A stretch of 64,000 bases of DNA, from the NCBI GenBank assembly GCA_964521295.1, contig CAZFRF010000001.1:577016-641015 (forward strand). The letters run 5' to 3'. Under the pieces are notes generated by a model. It worked only from the letters and a program-made list of their open reading frames with translations, was not told the origin of the DNA and made no database searches. Positions 1 to 11,838 of this stretch are shown in pieces (position 1 is the first letter of the stretch; each line of letters starts with the position of its first letter). The position numbers and the translations under genes are program-made. This DNA is from an uncultured Gammaproteobacteria bacterium (GTDB lineage Bacteria; Patescibacteriota; Microgenomatia; Levybacterales; UBA12049).

Positions 1-34
1 TAGTAAATCAGAATTTTATTTTTGTGTCAATAAA

Positions 35-625
35 TTAAGTGTTATTTGTAAAACCAAATCTATTCATAAAATCTATATACGACTGATATATTGCTCGAAC
101 CTCACCCATTTCTCCTTTAACCAAACCTTTATTTTTATAAACTTCATACATTTCAGCTATTGTCTTCGATTTATCATGTGGAACAGGTATATCTGATTGC
201 CTAAACCCAGCAATTCTTGCAGCTCTAGCCAACCTCTCGTAAGTAAAGCCGAAGACAAAATCTGGTTTAAAATTTATTCTGATCATAAAATCAGCAACCC
301 CAGCAAACGAATCCTTTATATCTAAAAAGGGTGTACTTGACCTAACCGGAGGAAGATGAATTTCCAAAACTGGTCTATCTGGAACTAATTGAAATTCCCC
401 ACCATAATCAATTAAATAAGGTCCATTCCAAATTCCTGGGTCAACTGCAAGTCTACCAATATATTTCCTAGCGCCCTTAAAATAATCTAAATCATCCGGT
501 CTGGGATCCAATAATTTACGCAACATAACCTCCCTATTAACAAAAGCTTCAGGTGGTAAATGGATAGCTGCTAAATTATAAGCATTAAAAGCAGATTTTT
601 TTCTCAAATTAGATAATCTTTCCAT
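35..625 (-). CDS. hypothetical protein (196 aa), no recognisable motif; occupies the position downstream of fusA where tuf is usually found
   Basis: Intact ORF in the same orientation 18 nt after the fusA stop. Its Arg/Pro/Asp/Gly-rich composition differs from the surrounding Lys/Ile/Asn-rich core proteins. I recognised no family signature. Confidence 0.5.
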   Translation of the reverse strand: MERLSNLRKKSAFNAYNLAAIHLPPEAFVNREVMLRKLLDPRPDDLDYFKGARKYIGRLAVDPGIWNGPYLIDYGGEFQLVPDRPVLEIHLPPVRSSTPFLDIKDSFAGVADFMIRINFKPDFVFGFTYERLARAARIAGFRQSDIPVPHDKSKTIAEMYEVYKNKGLVKGEMGEVRAIYQSYIDFMNRFGFTNNT

Positions 626-643
626 ACTTAACTTAAAGTGGAT

Positions 644-2752
644 TTATTCAATTCTGCCAGTAAAAGTGGATTTAGCCAACATTTGTTGGACAATATTTTG
701 AGGAACTTCTTCATAATGAGATTTTTCCATATAATAACTTGCTCTTCCTTGAGACATGGATCTAATTGTAGTTGCATAACCTGAAAGCTCTGCGAGTGGA
801 ACCATAGCTAAGATTACTGTTGCTTTACTTCTTTCTTCAGTTCCCATAATCTGAGCTCTTTTAGCGGATAAATCACCAATAACATCTCCTAAGAATTCTC
901 CAGGAGTTGTAACTTCAACCTTCATAATAGGCTCTAAAAGAATCATTTCAGCTTTTTTAGAAGCTGCTTGTAATGCTTGAGAAGCAGCAATCTTAAAGGC
1001 AACTTCTGAAGAATCAACGTCATGATATGATCCATCATATACAGTGACCTCAAGATCAACTACTGGATACCCAAGTAGGATTCCATTAGTTAATGTTTCA
1101 TTAACACCTTTTTCAATAGCTTTAATAAACTCTGCTGGAATAGCTCCACCCTTAATGGCATCAATAAACTCAAAACCTTCTCCTCTTGGCTTTGGTTTAA
1201 CTCTAAGCCAACAGTGACCATATTGTCCTCTTCCTCCTGATTGCCTGATATATTTTCCCTCTCCCTCTGCTTCCATCTTGAATGTTTCTTTGTAAGCTAC
1301 TTGAGGTGCTCCAACGTTTGCTAAAACACCAAATTCTCTCTTCATTCTATCTACCATAACTTCTAATTGAAGCTCTCCCATTCCTGAGATAATGGTTTGA
1401 TTAGTTTCATGATTAGTTTTAATAGAGAAAGTTGGATCTTCTTCTGAAAGTCTTTTTAGAGCTAAGCCTAATTTTTCCTGATCAGCTTTAGTTTTTGGTT
1501 CAATTGCTAAAGAAATAACTGGTTCTGGGAAAGAAATTTTTTCTAATACAATTGGAGCCTTGTCATCACAAAGAGTATCTCCTGTAATTGTATCCTTAAG
1601 GCCTACTAAAGCAACTATTTCTCCAGCGAATGCTTCTTTTATTTCTTCCCTGTGATTTGCGTGCATCAAAAGGATACGACCAACTCTTTCTTGACTGTTT
1701 TTAGTACTGTTGTAAATATATGAACCTGCAGCTACTTTTCCACTATAAACTCTAAAGTAGGTTAATTTTCCAACATGTGGATCAATTTGAATTTTGAAAG
1801 CTAGTCCTGACATTGGCTCTTCCATAACCAATTTTCTAGTTTCTGCTTCTCCTGTTTTTGGATTTGTACCTTTTACCTCACCTAAATCAAGTGGAGATGG
1901 TAAATAATCAATAACTGCATCTAAAAGTGGTTGTACGCCTTTGTTTCTCAATGAACTTCCTGCGAAAATTGGGACTAACTTATAGGCAATAACTGCGCGT
2001 CGCAAAGCTGCCTTCAATTCTTCGTCAGAAATTGTATCTCCATTTAGGTATTTTTCAAGTAATGCATCATCAGTTTCAGCAATTTTTTCAACAAGCTTCA
2101 TTCTAAACTCTTCTGCTTGTACCTTCATGTCTTCAGGAATGTCAGTAACTTCAAATTTTGCACCTAAATTATCATTTTCCCAGACATAGGCCTTCATTTC
2201 CATTAAATGAACAATACCTGTAAATGTGCTCTCTGCTCCAATTGGAAGTACCATAATTAATGGATTTGCACCAAGTCTATCTTCAATGGTTTTAACTGTA
2301 TGTAAGAAATCTGCTCCAAGCTTATCCATTTTATTAACAAAACAAATTCTTGGTACCTTATATTTATCTGCTTGTCTCCAAACTGTTTCAGACTGAGATT
2401 GTACTCCTTCTTCTGCATCAAGTACGGTAATACCACCATCTAAAACTCTTAAAGACCTTTCTACTTCGGCTGTAAAATCAACGTGGCCAGGAGTATCGAT
2501 AATATTTACTCTATAGTCTTTCCAAAAAGCAGTGGTTGCAGCGGAAACGATGGTAATACCTCTTTCTCTTTCCTGTTCCATCCAGTCCATCTGGGTATTT
2601 CCTTCATCAATATCTCCAATTTTATAGGTTTTTCCAGTATAGAAAAGAATACGCTCTGTTGTTGTAGTTTTACCTGCATCAATGTGGGCGATAATACCAA
2701 TGTTTCTTACCTTATCTAGTGCCTGATCTCTTTTTGTTGGTTGATCTGCCAT
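644..2752 (-). CDS. fusA: translation elongation factor G
   Basis: 702 aa. N-terminal GTPase motifs [33 protein letters not shown] and [11 protein letters not shown] domain IV/V sequence blocks. Located after rpsL-rpsG. Confidence 0.95.
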   Translation of the reverse strand: MADQPTKRDQALDKVRNIGIIAHIDAGKTTTTERILFYTGKTYKIGDIDEGNTQMDWMEQERERGITIVSAATTAFWKDYRVNIIDTPGHVDFTAEVERSLRVLDGGITVLDAEEGVQSQSETVWRQADKYKVPRICFVNKMDKLGADFLHTVKTIEDRLGANPLIMVLPIGAESTFTGIVHLMEMKAYVWENDNLGAKFEVTDIPEDMKVQAEEFRMKLVEKIAETDDALLEKYLNGDTISDEELKAALRRAVIAYKLVPIFAGSSLRNKGVQPLLDAVIDYLPSPLDLGEVKGTNPKTGEAETRKLVMEEPMSGLAFKIQIDPHVGKLTYFRVYSGKVAAGSYIYNSTKNSQERVGRILLMHANHREEIKEAFAGEIVALVGLKDTITGDTLCDDKAPIVLEKISFPEPVISLAIEPKTKADQEKLGLALKRLSEEDPTFSIKTNHETNQTIISGMGELQLEVMVDRMKREFGVLANVGAPQVAYKETFKMEAEGEGKYIRQSGGRGQYGHCWLRVKPKPRGEGFEFIDAIKGGAIPAEFIKAIEKGVNETLTNGILLGYPVVDLEVTVYDGSYHDVDSSEVAFKIAASQALQAASKKAEMILLEPIMKVEVTTPGEFLGDVIGDLSAKRAQIMGTEERSKATVILAMVPLAELSGYATTIRSMSQGRASYYMEKSHYEEVPQNIVQQMLAKSTFTGRIE

Positions 2753-2792
2753 AATAATCCTTTAAATTAATTCTATACTATTTTGAGAAACT

Positions 2793-3263
2793 TTAGAACC
2801 TGAAGTGACCGAAAGCTCTATTTGCTTCTGCCATTTTAAGAACATTATCTCTTTTTTTAATTGCTGCGCCTTCACCTTTAGCGGCTTCTACAATTTCTGC
2901 TGCTAATTTTTCTGCAAATGTGTGGAATTCTGAATTTGATCTTGCTCTAGCTGCTTCAACAATCCATCTAATTGCTAAAGCATTTTTTCTATCTCCTCTT
3001 ACTTCGAGTGGAACTTGATAGTTTGCGCCTCCAACTCTTCTTGCTTTAACTTCAACTTTTGGACCAACATTACTTATTGCTGACTCAAAAATCTCAATTG
3101 CATTTCCGTTTTTAGCTAAAACATCCATTGCGCCATAGAAGGCTTTTTCAGCTGCTTTTCTTTTTCCGTCTTTCATAATACGGTTAATAAATTTAGCCAC
3201 TAATAAGTTGCCATATACTGCATCTACATTAATTTCTCTTTTTTCTGCTTTTTTGTGTCTCAT
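2793..3263 (-). CDS. rpsG: 30S ribosomal protein S7
   Basis: 156 aa. S7 signature blocks (RRVGGANYQVP, ALAIRWIV). Sits in the rpsL-rpsG-fusA order. Confidence 0.95.
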   Translation of the reverse strand: MRHKKAEKREINVDAVYGNLLVAKFINRIMKDGKRKAAEKAFYGAMDVLAKNGNAIEIFESAISNVGPKVEVKARRVGGANYQVPLEVRGDRKNALAIRWIVEAARARSNSEFHTFAEKLAAEIVEAAKGEGAAIKKRDNVLKMAEANRAFGHFRF

Positions 3264-3264
3264 T

Positions 3265-3705
3265 TTATGCTGCTCCTCCTGCTACCTTAGCTGGTCCAGC
3301 TGATCTCTTGGCTCCATATTTTGATCTTGAAGATTTTCTACCCTCAACGCCTGCTAAATCAAATTTACCTCTAACTATGTGATACTTAACACCCGGTAAG
3401 TCCTTTACTCTTCCACCTCTAACCAAAACTATTCCGTGCTCAGATAAAGAATGTCCTACTCCTTGAATATAGGCTGTTACTTCCATTCTATTAGAAAGCT
3501 TAACTCTTGCAACTTTTCTCAAAGCTGAATTTGGTTTCTTTGGAGTCATTGTTTTAACCAAAGTAACTACACCACGCTTTTGAGGACCTTCAATATTGCT
3601 ATAAGTTCTTTCTCTAGCATTAAAAATTCTTCTTAAAGCGGTTGCTTTAACTTTTTTTGCTTTTTTATTTCTTCCTTTTTTTGTTAACTGACTAAGTGTT
3701 GGCAT
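3265..3705 (-). CDS. rpsL: 30S ribosomal protein S12
   Basis: S12 core [14 protein letters not shown]...[17 protein letters not shown]. Start trimmed to the internal Met ([15 protein letters not shown]; the CAT complement is at 3703-3705) because the longer ORF would overlap rpoC. There is a short C-terminal Gly/Ala extension. Confidence 0.9.
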   Translation of the reverse strand: MPTLSQLTKKGRNKKAKKVKATALRRIFNARERTYSNIEGPQKRGVVTLVKTMTPKKPNSALRKVARVKLSNRMEVTAYIQGVGHSLSEHGIVLVRGGRVKDLPGVKYHIVRGKFDLAGVEGRKSSRSKYGAKRSAGPAKVAGGAA

Positions 3706-3718
3706 ATTAAGTAAAGTA

Positions 3719-6700
3719 TTATACAGTATCTGGAGTATTACCCTCAACTGGGATAAGTCTTCCGATAATAACATTTTCTTTAAGACCTACTAATTTATCT
3801 TCAGACCCCTCAAGCGCTGCGTCAGTTAAGACTTTAGTTGTCTCTTGGAAGGATGATGCTGACAACCATGAGTCTGAGAACAAGGATGATTTTGTAATAC
3901 CTAAGATTGTTTGCCTTGCAGTTGCTGGCTCTCCACCCTGAGATAATACTTCTGCATTGATTTGTTCAAATCTAGTCTTAGTTATAAAGTCTCCAGGGAT
4001 AAGTGATGTATCTCCAACTGTTTCAACAATTACCTTATCAGACATTTTTCTCAAAATTACTTCAAAATGTTTATCATTAATTCCAATTCCCTGTGATTCA
4101 TAAACTTTTTGAGCTTCTGTAATGATATATCTTTGTCCATCTACCAAACCTTTGATCTTAATAACCTCTTTTGGATCTAAGTATCCAACAGCAAGTTGTG
4201 CACCGGACAAAATATCAGTATTGTTTTCTACTGTTAAGGTAGAGGTTAATGGTACGAAATATTCTTTTTCTTCTACTGGCTTTCTAGAACTTTTAATTCT
4301 AATAATATAACCATCTTCTCCAGCTTCAATTGTTACTCTTCCAGAGATTTCTGCAATTGGTGACAATGTCTTTGGCGTTCTCATTTCGAAAAGCTCTTCT
4401 ACTCTTGGTAAACCTTGAGTAACGTCACTCATAACGATACCTCCGAAATGTCTAACCTTCATAGTAAGCTGAGTTCCTGGTTCTCCAATAGATTGAGCTG
4501 CGACAACTCCGACTGGTACTCCAGAATCTACAATTCTCTTAGTTGAGAAGTCCCAACCGTAACACATTGCACAAATTCCATATTGAAGCTCACAAGTAAT
4601 TGCACTTCTAACAACGATCTCGATTACTTCTCCGGCTACAATTTCTTTAAGTTTTTCTTCTGTAATTTCTTCGTTAGCTTTCATTATTTCTTTCTTGGTT
4701 GTTTTAGATACAACTTTATCAGCTGTAAATCTACCCAAAATTCTATCTTCAAAAGCTGCTGTTCTACCTGGCTCATTAGCTCTAATCATAATTCCTGATT
4801 GTGTTCCACAATCATTAGATCTAACAATTACATCATGAGATACGTCAACTAATCTTCTAGTTAAGTATCCTGCATTTGCGGTCTTTAATGCTGAGTCGGT
4901 CAAACCTTTTCTAGATCCTCTAGCTGAAGCAACGTATTCAAAGATTGACAAACCTTCTCTAAAGTTACCTTTAATTGGAAGCTCAACAATCCTACCTAAT
5001 GGATCTAAGATAAGACCTCTCATAGCGGATAACTGTTTTAGCTGTTCTTTTCCTGCTCTTGCACCCTCAGAATCGATAATTGTTCTAATAACGTTTCCTG
5101 TTTTTAGATTATTCCAGGTCTTGTCTGCGATAATATTGGTTGTTTCAAGCCAGATTTCGTTAGAAAGTCTTTTCTTTTCATCGTTAGTAATAAGACCTGA
5201 TTGATATTCTTCTTCAATTTGAGCAACTCTTTTCTCGGCGTCACTTATTAAAACATTTTTCTCTTCGACCATTTCATTATCGAATACTGATACTGAAATT
5301 CCTGAAACTGTTGAACCATAGAATCCTAATGCTTTAACATTGTCAATTAAAGCTTCAACTTCTTCTGCATTTAATGCTTTAATTGCTGTAGTGATAATCT
5401 TTTTAATACCTGAAGCTTTAATAGACTCATTTAGGAATCCGAAAAACTTAGGAAGCCTTTCGTTTAACATAAGTCTTCCTACTGTTGTTTCAACTACTTT
5501 ACCATCAAGTTTTACTCTAATTGGCTCTCTTAATTTCAAAAAGCCCATTGAGTGTGCAAGCATTGCTTCATTTAAATCTGTATAGTTTTTTAGTTCTTCT
5601 GCTCTTAAAGATTCATCAATGGATGTTAAGTAAAAAATACCAACAGCCATTTCCTTATTAGGTAGGGTAATTGGGCTACCATCTGCTGGCTTTAAAAGAT
5701 TGTGCCTTGGCATCATGAGCTCTTTAGCTTCCTCTTGAGCTTTTGCGGACAATGGAATATGAACAGCCATCTGATCTCCATCGAAGTCTGCATTATAACC
5801 AGAACAGACACAAGGATGAAGTGCAATTGCGGCTCCTTCAATAAGGACTGGATAGAAAGCCTGTATACCTAATTTATGTAACGTAGGAGCACGGTTTAAG
5901 AGAACTGGATGACCCTTAGTAATCTCTTCCAAGATATCAAAGACTTCTGGGCTTCTCTTTTCTATAAATCTTTTTGCAGATTTAATGTTTGGAGCAAATC
6001 CTCTAACAATAACTTCTCTTAATACAAAAGGCTTAAACATTTCGAGTGCCATTTCTTTTGGAAGTCCGCACTCAGATAATTTAAGTTCAGGTCCAACAAC
6101 GATAACTGATCTTCCAGAATAATCAACTCTTTTACCTAAGAGATTCTGTCTAAATCTTCCTTGTTTTCCTCTTAACATGTCTGAAAGAGATCTCAAAGGT
6201 GAACTTACAACTTGGTTTGTTCGCTGACTTGCATCGATTAAAGAATCAACAGATTCTTGTAGCATTCTTTTTTCGTTTCTTAAGATAATTTCAGGTGCAC
6301 CTAGAGCCATTAAATGCTTTAGCCTATTGTTTCTATTAATAACTCTTCTATATAAATCGTTAAGATCTGAAGTCGCAAATCTTCCTCCAGCAAGCTGTAC
6401 CATTGGTCTTAAGTCTGGTGGGATAACTGGTAAGACTGACAAAACCATAGACTTTGGTTCTACTCCAGCTTTTCTCATAGCCTCTAAGAGCCTTAATCTT
6501 TTAATGAGCTTGAAGTATCTTTGTCCTTTAGACTTTGCTGTTTCTTCTCTTAAGTCAACAATTAATTTAGAAATACCAATTTTTTCAATAAGTTCACTAA
6601 GTCCTTCTGCACCAGTTTTAATAGTGAAGAAAACTGGTATATCATATTCTAAAATCTTGAAGTATTCATCTTCAGAAAGTACTGATCCGATTTTAAGGCT

Positions 6701-7435
6701 TTTAAGAAGCTTAGATAATGCTTCTTGGATTTCATCAAGCTTTCTAGCTTCTGCTTCAGATCTTTCTTGAAGTCTAGCCATTTTTTGTCTCTTAGAAAGC
6801 TCAATTTCTTGTTCAATAAGGCCTTTTTGTTCGCCTTTTGCTTTAGATGAAGCTGCTTCTTTAAGTCTTGTAGCTACATCTTTTTCTAAATTTTTCTCTT
6901 CTTCAGCGATTTCTTTCTTAAGATCTTCTTTTCTTTTTGTAATGGTTTTAGAAAGAGTTTCTAGAGATTCTTTTTTCTGTTCTTCATCGATATCGGTTAC
7001 TAAATATGAAGCATAGTAAATAACTGATTCCAAAGCTTTTTGGCTCATATCTAAGATCAAGGAAAGTGCAGAACTTGATCCCTTAAAGAACCAAACATGA
7101 GAAACTGGACATGCAAGAGTAATGTGGCCCATTCTTTCTCTTCTAACTCTAGAAAGGGTAACTTCTACTCCACATTTATCGCAGATAATGCCTCTATTTC
7201 TAATTCTTTTGTATTTTCCACAATAACATTCCCAATCTTTCGTAGGTCCAAAAATTCTTTCATCAAATAAACCATCTTTTTCTGGTCTTAATGTTCTATA
7301 GTTAATGGTTTCTGGTTTTGTAACTTCACCAAAAGACCAACCCATAATATCTTCTTTACTAGCTAAAAGAAGCTTTAATGATTTAAAGTCTAAAATTGTT
7401 ATATCTTTATTTTTCTTATCGTTAATATTATTCAT
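3719..7435 (-). CDS. rpoC: DNA-directed RNA polymerase subunit beta-prime
   Basis: 1238 aa. N-terminus [16 protein letters not shown]. Zn-binding CxxC...CxxC motifs. The catalytic NADFDGD motif is present ([13 protein letters not shown]). Overlaps the rpoB stop by 8 nt. Confidence 0.95.
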   Translation of the reverse strand: MNNINDKKNKDITILDFKSLKLLLASKEDIMGWSFGEVTKPETINYRTLRPEKDGLFDERIFGPTKDWECYCGKYKRIRNRGIICDKCGVEVTLSRVRRERMGHITLACPVSHVWFFKGSSSALSLILDMSQKALESVIYYASYLVTDIDEEQKKESLETLSKTITKRKEDLKKEIAEEEKNLEKDVATRLKEAASSKAKGEQKGLIEQEIELSKRQKMARLQERSEAEARKLDEIQEALSKLLKSLKIGSVLSEDEYFKILEYDIPVFFTIKTGAEGLSELIEKIGISKLIVDLREETAKSKGQRYFKLIKRLRLLEAMRKAGVEPKSMVLSVLPVIPPDLRPMVQLAGGRFATSDLNDLYRRVINRNNRLKHLMALGAPEIILRNEKRMLQESVDSLIDASQRTNQVVSSPLRSLSDMLRGKQGRFRQNLLGKRVDYSGRSVIVVGPELKLSECGLPKEMALEMFKPFVLREVIVRGFAPNIKSAKRFIEKRSPEVFDILEEITKGHPVLLNRAPTLHKLGIQAFYPVLIEGAAIALHPCVCSGYNADFDGDQMAVHIPLSAKAQEEAKELMMPRHNLLKPADGSPITLPNKEMAVGIFYLTSIDESLRAEELKNYTDLNEAMLAHSMGFLKLREPIRVKLDGKVVETTVGRLMLNERLPKFFGFLNESIKASGIKKIITTAIKALNAEEVEALIDNVKALGFYGSTVSGISVSVFDNEMVEEKNVLISDAEKRVAQIEEEYQSGLITNDEKKRLSNEIWLETTNIIADKTWNNLKTGNVIRTIIDSEGARAGKEQLKQLSAMRGLILDPLGRIVELPIKGNFREGLSIFEYVASARGSRKGLTDSALKTANAGYLTRRLVDVSHDVIVRSNDCGTQSGIMIRANEPGRTAAFEDRILGRFTADKVVSKTTKKEIMKANEEITEEKLKEIVAGEVIEIVVRSAITCELQYGICAMCYGWDFSTKRIVDSGVPVGVVAAQSIGEPGTQLTMKVRHFGGIVMSDVTQGLPRVEELFEMRTPKTLSPIAEISGRVTIEAGEDGYIIRIKSSRKPVEEKEYFVPLTSTLTVENNTDILSGAQLAVGYLDPKEVIKIKGLVDGQRYIITEAQKVYESQGIGINDKHFEVILRKMSDKVIVETVGDTSLIPGDFITKTRFEQINAEVLSQGGEPATARQTILGITKSSLFSDSWLSASSFQETTKVLTDAALEGSEDKLVGLKENVIIGRLIPVEGNTPDTV

Positions 7436-10400
7436 TTACTGCCTCCGTTTCTACTACTTCTGGTTCTGCGTCTGCAACTTCTACTCCTAAACCTGTTTCT
7501 TCGACAACTTCTGATCCTAATTCTTGAGCCAACTCCTTTGCCTCTCCTTCAATCTGCTCTTCTGCTGCATCAGCCGGCTGATTTACTGGAGCTGTCCCTA
7601 AGACTGAACCTGTACTTGCTTCATCAACTATTGGTTCAGTTACTACTGCTGCTCCAACTGGAACTACTGATAGTCCTAAAGCGTTTAATTCTTTAATTAA
7701 AACCTTGAATGACTCTGGAACTTTTGGTGTTGGAATATCTGTTCCTTTAACAATAGCTTCGAAAGCTTTTGCTCTTCCAACAACATCGTCTGATTTAATT
7801 GTTAACATTTCTTGTAATGTGTATCTCGCCCTGTGTGCCTCAAGTGCCCAAACTTCCATTTCTCCTAGTCTTTGTCCTCCCATTTGAGCTTTTCCGCCTA
7901 ATGGTTGCTGTGTAACTAAAGAGTATGGTCCAGTTGATCTTGCATGAGTCTTATCTTCAACCATGTGAATAAGTTTCATCATGTATTCAATTCCAACAAC
8001 TACTGGGTTCTCATAAGCTTCACCTGTTCTACCGTCATAAAGAATTGCTTTTCCTGAAACTGGAAGTCCTGCTTTAACTAATTCTTTAGAAATATTTTGC
8101 TCATCTACCTCTTCGAAAACTGGCATTGCAATCTTTTCATCAAGCTGACTTGCTGCCCATCCTAAATGTGCCTCAAGAAGCTGACCCAAATTCATACGAG
8201 CAAGTACTGAGATTGGAGATATGATTATATCAACTGGAGTGCCATCTGCCAAATGTGGCATATCAACTTCAGGTAAGATCTTAGAAATAACACCTTTATT
8301 TCCATGTCTTCCAGCAAGCTTATCTCCAATAACAACGTGTCTAAGTTGGGCTACTTCAACCTGAATTTTTCTTAATGTTCCTGGTTCTAGCTCATCGCCT
8401 TTTTTCCTATCTAAGATTTGAACTGAAATAACTGTTCCTCTTTCTCCATGTGGCATTCTTAAAGATGTATCTCTAACTTCTCTTGCTTGTTCACCGAAAA
8501 TTGCTCTTAAAAGTCTTTCTTCTGCTGAAAGTTCTGTTTCACCTTTTGGAGCAATCTTACCTACCAAGATATCTCCTGGCTCAACTGTACTCCCAACTAC
8601 TACAATACCGTCTTCATCTAAGTTTGCTAAATCTTCTTCAGATACATTCGGGATGTCTCTGGTTGTTTCTTCTGGTCCTAATTTCGTTTCAACAACTGCA
8701 GCTTCATATTTTTCAATATGAATAGAAGAAAGTGCGTCTTCTTTAACTAATCTATCTGAGATTACAATACCGTCCTCATAACCTAATCCGTCAAAAGATG
8801 TATAGGCAATTAAAAGATTTTGTCCTAAAGCGAGTTCACCATTTTCAGATGAAGGACCGTCAACCAATAAAGCACCCTTTAAAACTCTGTCCCCGGTATT
8901 AACAACTGTTCTTTGAGTATATGCTGTTGCTTGAGATGTTCTTTGGAAACTATTTACAAAGTAAGTTACTTCTTCTTTTGGTCCTTTACCTTTAATTGTA
9001 ACTTTATCTGCATCTGCATATTCGATAATACCATCAAATGGTGCATAGAAGACTCTTCCCATCATTTGCGAAATCTTAGATTCCATACCAGTTCCAACCA
9101 TTGGACTTTGTGGTTTAAGTAAAGGTACTGCTTGACACTGCATGTGGGTACCCATTAAAGCTCTGTTGGCTTCATCATGAGAAACAAAAGGAATAAGAGA
9201 GGCTGCTGATCCTACAACTTGTCTTGGAACAACATCAACATATTGAATATTTGCTCTATCGGTTTCAATAAAGTCTCCTCTGTATCTTGCTGGAACTCTT
9301 TCATCTTTGATTTTATCGTTTTCATCTAAAGCTGCTGCATGAGTAACATAAGCTTTTTGTTCATCATCAGCTGATAAATAAACAATTTCATTGGTTGCTT
9401 TGACAACGCCTTTTTCATTAACAACTCTTCTATAAGGTGCTTCTAAGAACCCATACTTATTAACTCTTGTGTATAAAGCAAGATAAGTAACTAAACCGAT
9501 ATTTGGACCTTCGGGGGACCTGATTGGACAAATTCTAGAATATTGTGAAGAGTTAATATCACGAATAGAGAAGGCTGCTCTTTCTCTTGAAATACCTCCA
9601 GTTCCCATAACTGTTAAACGATTTAAGTTATCGATTTCTGAAAGTGGATTTGTTTGATCTAAAATTGTTGAAAGCTGAGATGTTCTAAAGAATTCGTTAA
9701 TAGAAGCCATAATTGGCCTTGCATTAATAAGTGCTCCAATTGAAATTGGTTGGTCTGCTTGAATTAAGCTCATTCTTTCTTTAACACTTCTTTCAAGTCT
9801 TAAAGCACCAATTCTAAAAGCAGTTGTTTGTACTAATTCTCCAACACATCTAACTCTTCTATTTGCTAAATTATCGATATCATCAACTTGTCCTTGAGAT
9901 TTTGCTAATTTAATAAGATAAGCAATAGTGCCAATGATATCTTCTGTGGTTAAAATCTTTGTTTCCTCTGTTGGAGCTTCAAATCCTTCTGTTCCGGTTA
10001 ATTTTTTATTAATTTTGTATCTACCAACTGTTCCAAGATCATATCTTCTATTGTTAAAGAATGTACCTAGGAAATTTTCCTTAACCTTATCTAAAACAAC
10101 TGGTTCTCCAGGATGCATTTTTCTAAAGATTTCAATGTTTGCTTCGTTTGAATCTTGAGTTTCATCTTTAAGTAAAGTGTTTTCAATATATTGGGTTTTT
10201 CCGTCTGCTTCTACTTGGCTAAATCTTCTTTTAATTTCTTCGTTTGAGGAGATTCCGAGGGCTCTTAGGAAGGTTGAAGCTAAGAACTTTCTTCTTCTAT
10301 CAATCTTGACCATAATAGTTTCATGTCTTGTAGTGGTAAATTCAAGCCATGATCCATGAACTGGTCTAATTTCTGCACTATAGATAGTTTTTCCTGTTAC

Positions 10401-10868
10401 ATTATCTGCGGTTGCTGTAAAGAAAACTCCAGGACTTCTAACTAATTGGTTTACAACTGCTCTTTCAATACCGTTAATAACAAAGGTTCCTCTTTCTGTC
10501 ATTTGAGGAATGTCTCCTAAGAAAACTTCTTGATCATAGGTTGCGCCGGTTTTTTTATTAGTTAATACGGCATTTACATAAAGCGGCGCATCAAAAGTAA
10601 CGCCTTTTTTAAGTGCGAGCTCTGGTGTATTTGCATTTTTTCCGATTCTGTAGTCTTTTAATTCTAGGTTCCAATTCTTTTCTGTGAAGTCGTCGATTGG
10701 GGAGATTTCTTGGAGAACTTCTTTAATACCTTCTTCTAAAAACCACTTATAGGATTGTTTTTGAATGGTAAGAAGATCAAGTTGTGGAAGGAGTTCAAAG
10801 TCCTTGCCCCAATTGATCCTGCTCTTAATGTTATCCTTATTATCAGTATTATTGCCCTTTTTTGCCAT
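7428..10868 (-). CDS. rpoB: DNA-directed RNA polymerase subunit beta, with an acidic C-terminal tail
   Basis: 1146 aa. Conserved beta-subunit blocks (rifampicin-cluster-like region; GDKLAGRHGNKGVISKI; GGQRLGEMEVWALEAH). The C-terminal ~100 aa is a low-complexity Glu/Val/Ala-rich tail. Confidence 0.95.
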   Translation of the reverse strand: MAKKGNNTDNKDNIKSRINWGKDFELLPQLDLLTIQKQSYKWFLEEGIKEVLQEISPIDDFTEKNWNLELKDYRIGKNANTPELALKKGVTFDAPLYVNAVLTNKKTGATYDQEVFLGDIPQMTERGTFVINGIERAVVNQLVRSPGVFFTATADNVTGKTIYSAEIRPVHGSWLEFTTTRHETIMVKIDRRRKFLASTFLRALGISSNEEIKRRFSQVEADGKTQYIENTLLKDETQDSNEANIEIFRKMHPGEPVVLDKVKENFLGTFFNNRRYDLGTVGRYKINKKLTGTEGFEAPTEETKILTTEDIIGTIAYLIKLAKSQGQVDDIDNLANRRVRCVGELVQTTAFRIGALRLERSVKERMSLIQADQPISIGALINARPIMASINEFFRTSQLSTILDQTNPLSEIDNLNRLTVMGTGGISRERAAFSIRDINSSQYSRICPIRSPEGPNIGLVTYLALYTRVNKYGFLEAPYRRVVNEKGVVKATNEIVYLSADDEQKAYVTHAAALDENDKIKDERVPARYRGDFIETDRANIQYVDVVPRQVVGSAASLIPFVSHDEANRALMGTHMQCQAVPLLKPQSPMVGTGMESKISQMMGRVFYAPFDGIIEYADADKVTIKGKGPKEEVTYFVNSFQRTSQATAYTQRTVVNTGDRVLKGALLVDGPSSENGELALGQNLLIAYTSFDGLGYEDGIVISDRLVKEDALSSIHIEKYEAAVVETKLGPEETTRDIPNVSEEDLANLDEDGIVVVGSTVEPGDILVGKIAPKGETELSAEERLLRAIFGEQAREVRDTSLRMPHGERGTVISVQILDRKKGDELEPGTLRKIQVEVAQLRHVVIGDKLAGRHGNKGVISKILPEVDMPHLADGTPVDIIISPISVLARMNLGQLLEAHLGWAASQLDEKIAMPVFEEVDEQNISKELVKAGLPVSGKAILYDGRTGEAYENPVVVGIEYMMKLIHMVEDKTHARSTGPYSLVTQQPLGGKAQMGGQRLGEMEVWALEAHRARYTLQEMLTIKSDDVVGRAKAFEAIVKGTDIPTPKVPESFKVLIKELNALGLSVVPVGAAVVTEPIVDEASTGSVLGTAPVNQPADAAEEQIEGEAKELAQELGSEVVEETGLGVEVADAEPEVVETEAVNE

Positions 10869-10961
10869 TCAAGTTTAATAAATCTTATAGGACTGCACAG
10901 TAACGCAAAAAAATGGCAAAGGTCTTTCACCTTTTCCATTTGTTCCCTATAGAGTGTTAAA

Positions 10962-10990
10962 TTTATACCATGAGAACTACAAGCTGTCAA
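10962..10990 (-). promoter_or_regulatory. sigma70-like promoter upstream of rpoB (TTGACA-17-TATAAAT on the minus strand)
   Basis: Minus-strand reading gives TTGACAgcttgtagttctcatggTATAAAT. The -35 element is at 10985-10990 and the -10 at 10962-10967, about 95 nt upstream of the rpoB ATG. Confidence 0.4.
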
Positions 10991-10999
10991 GAGGTAATA

Positions 11000-11803
11000 T
11001 TAACTTTTCTTATGCAAATCTGGATGCTTTGCTTCTAGATAATAACCAGGCTTATCACTTGTAACATCTCTCCAAGCAATGGCACCAACTTGTTCAGTAA
11101 AGATTGTGCCAGTTACATCATTTACCCAAAACGCTCCATACTGATTATCTTTATATAGACGACAAACCGCTCTCCCTCCACTTGCTCTGATTACTTCATA
11201 TAATCCATTTCTTCCTAATCCATTCTCCCTGGGCAAACCTTCGTAAAATGGATAGCCTCCATGGAGCTCATTTAACATATACCTATTCATCCAGCTTGGA
11301 CTTATATTCCCATCATATACAGCCTGTCTCGGAGCTTCTGAAGAAATCCATCTTGCTAAATTCACTAAATCTTCGACCTCAGCTAAATTAGCAACATTTC
11401 CCAACGCATTTCTTACATTTAAATAACCTTCATTATCAACAACTGAACCCATGGGAATATCCTCCCACTTATCACCTGTTGTTAGTGTTAAAGGCATTTT
11501 AACTCCATTCGCAAGCTTACCATCAGCAACAGATACATAATAATCTTGTCTATTCTCTCCTCTGCCTACTCTTTCCAATAATGGAGGATAAGATAGGATC
11601 CTACGAGTATATGGAACACCTGAAGGTTGTCCTTCTAGTCTAACCGTTGATGACTCTGGAACTGATAAGGCTGACAAAACAGGATCAAGAAAGCCAATTA
11701 TTCTTTCAGCTGCTTGTTGATGGGCATCAATACTAGCACGTGCGCCTTTTTGCTCTAATGCTCTTCTTAAAACCGGATTTTTGGGAGCTTCTACTCTTGC
11801 CAT
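11000..11803 (-). CDS. hypothetical protein (267 aa), Ala/Arg/Gly/Pro-rich, family not recognised
   Basis: Long intact ORF. Its amino-acid composition and local GC are noticeably higher than in neighbouring core genes. No catalytic motif identified by eye. Confidence 0.6.
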   Translation of the reverse strand: MARVEAPKNPVLRRALEQKGARASIDAHQQAAERIIGFLDPVLSALSVPESSTVRLEGQPSGVPYTRRILSYPPLLERVGRGENRQDYYVSVADGKLANGVKMPLTLTTGDKWEDIPMGSVVDNEGYLNVRNALGNVANLAEVEDLVNLARWISSEAPRQAVYDGNISPSWMNRYMLNELHGGYPFYEGLPRENGLGRNGLYEVIRASGGRAVCRLYKDNQYGAFWVNDVTGTIFTEQVGAIAWRDVTSDKPGYYLEAKHPDLHKKS

Positions 11804-11838
11804 GAGGGAATTATATTGCTTTTTTTATTAATGTCAAA

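Noticed and set aside
2257-2719. Short ORFs (60-78 aa) on both strands inside fusA
   Set aside because: They are embedded in and antisense or out-of-frame to a strongly supported EF-G gene. Their sequences are low-complexity and typical of AT-rich shadow ORFs.
3706-3774. N-terminal 23-aa extension of the rpsL ORF call
   Set aside because: The extension is not S12-like and overlaps rpoC. An internal Met immediately precedes the conserved S12 N-terminus.
4122-10359. Numerous 60-150 aa plus-strand ORFs inside rpoC and rpoB
   Set aside because: They are antisense shadow ORFs within highly conserved RNA polymerase genes. No independent support.
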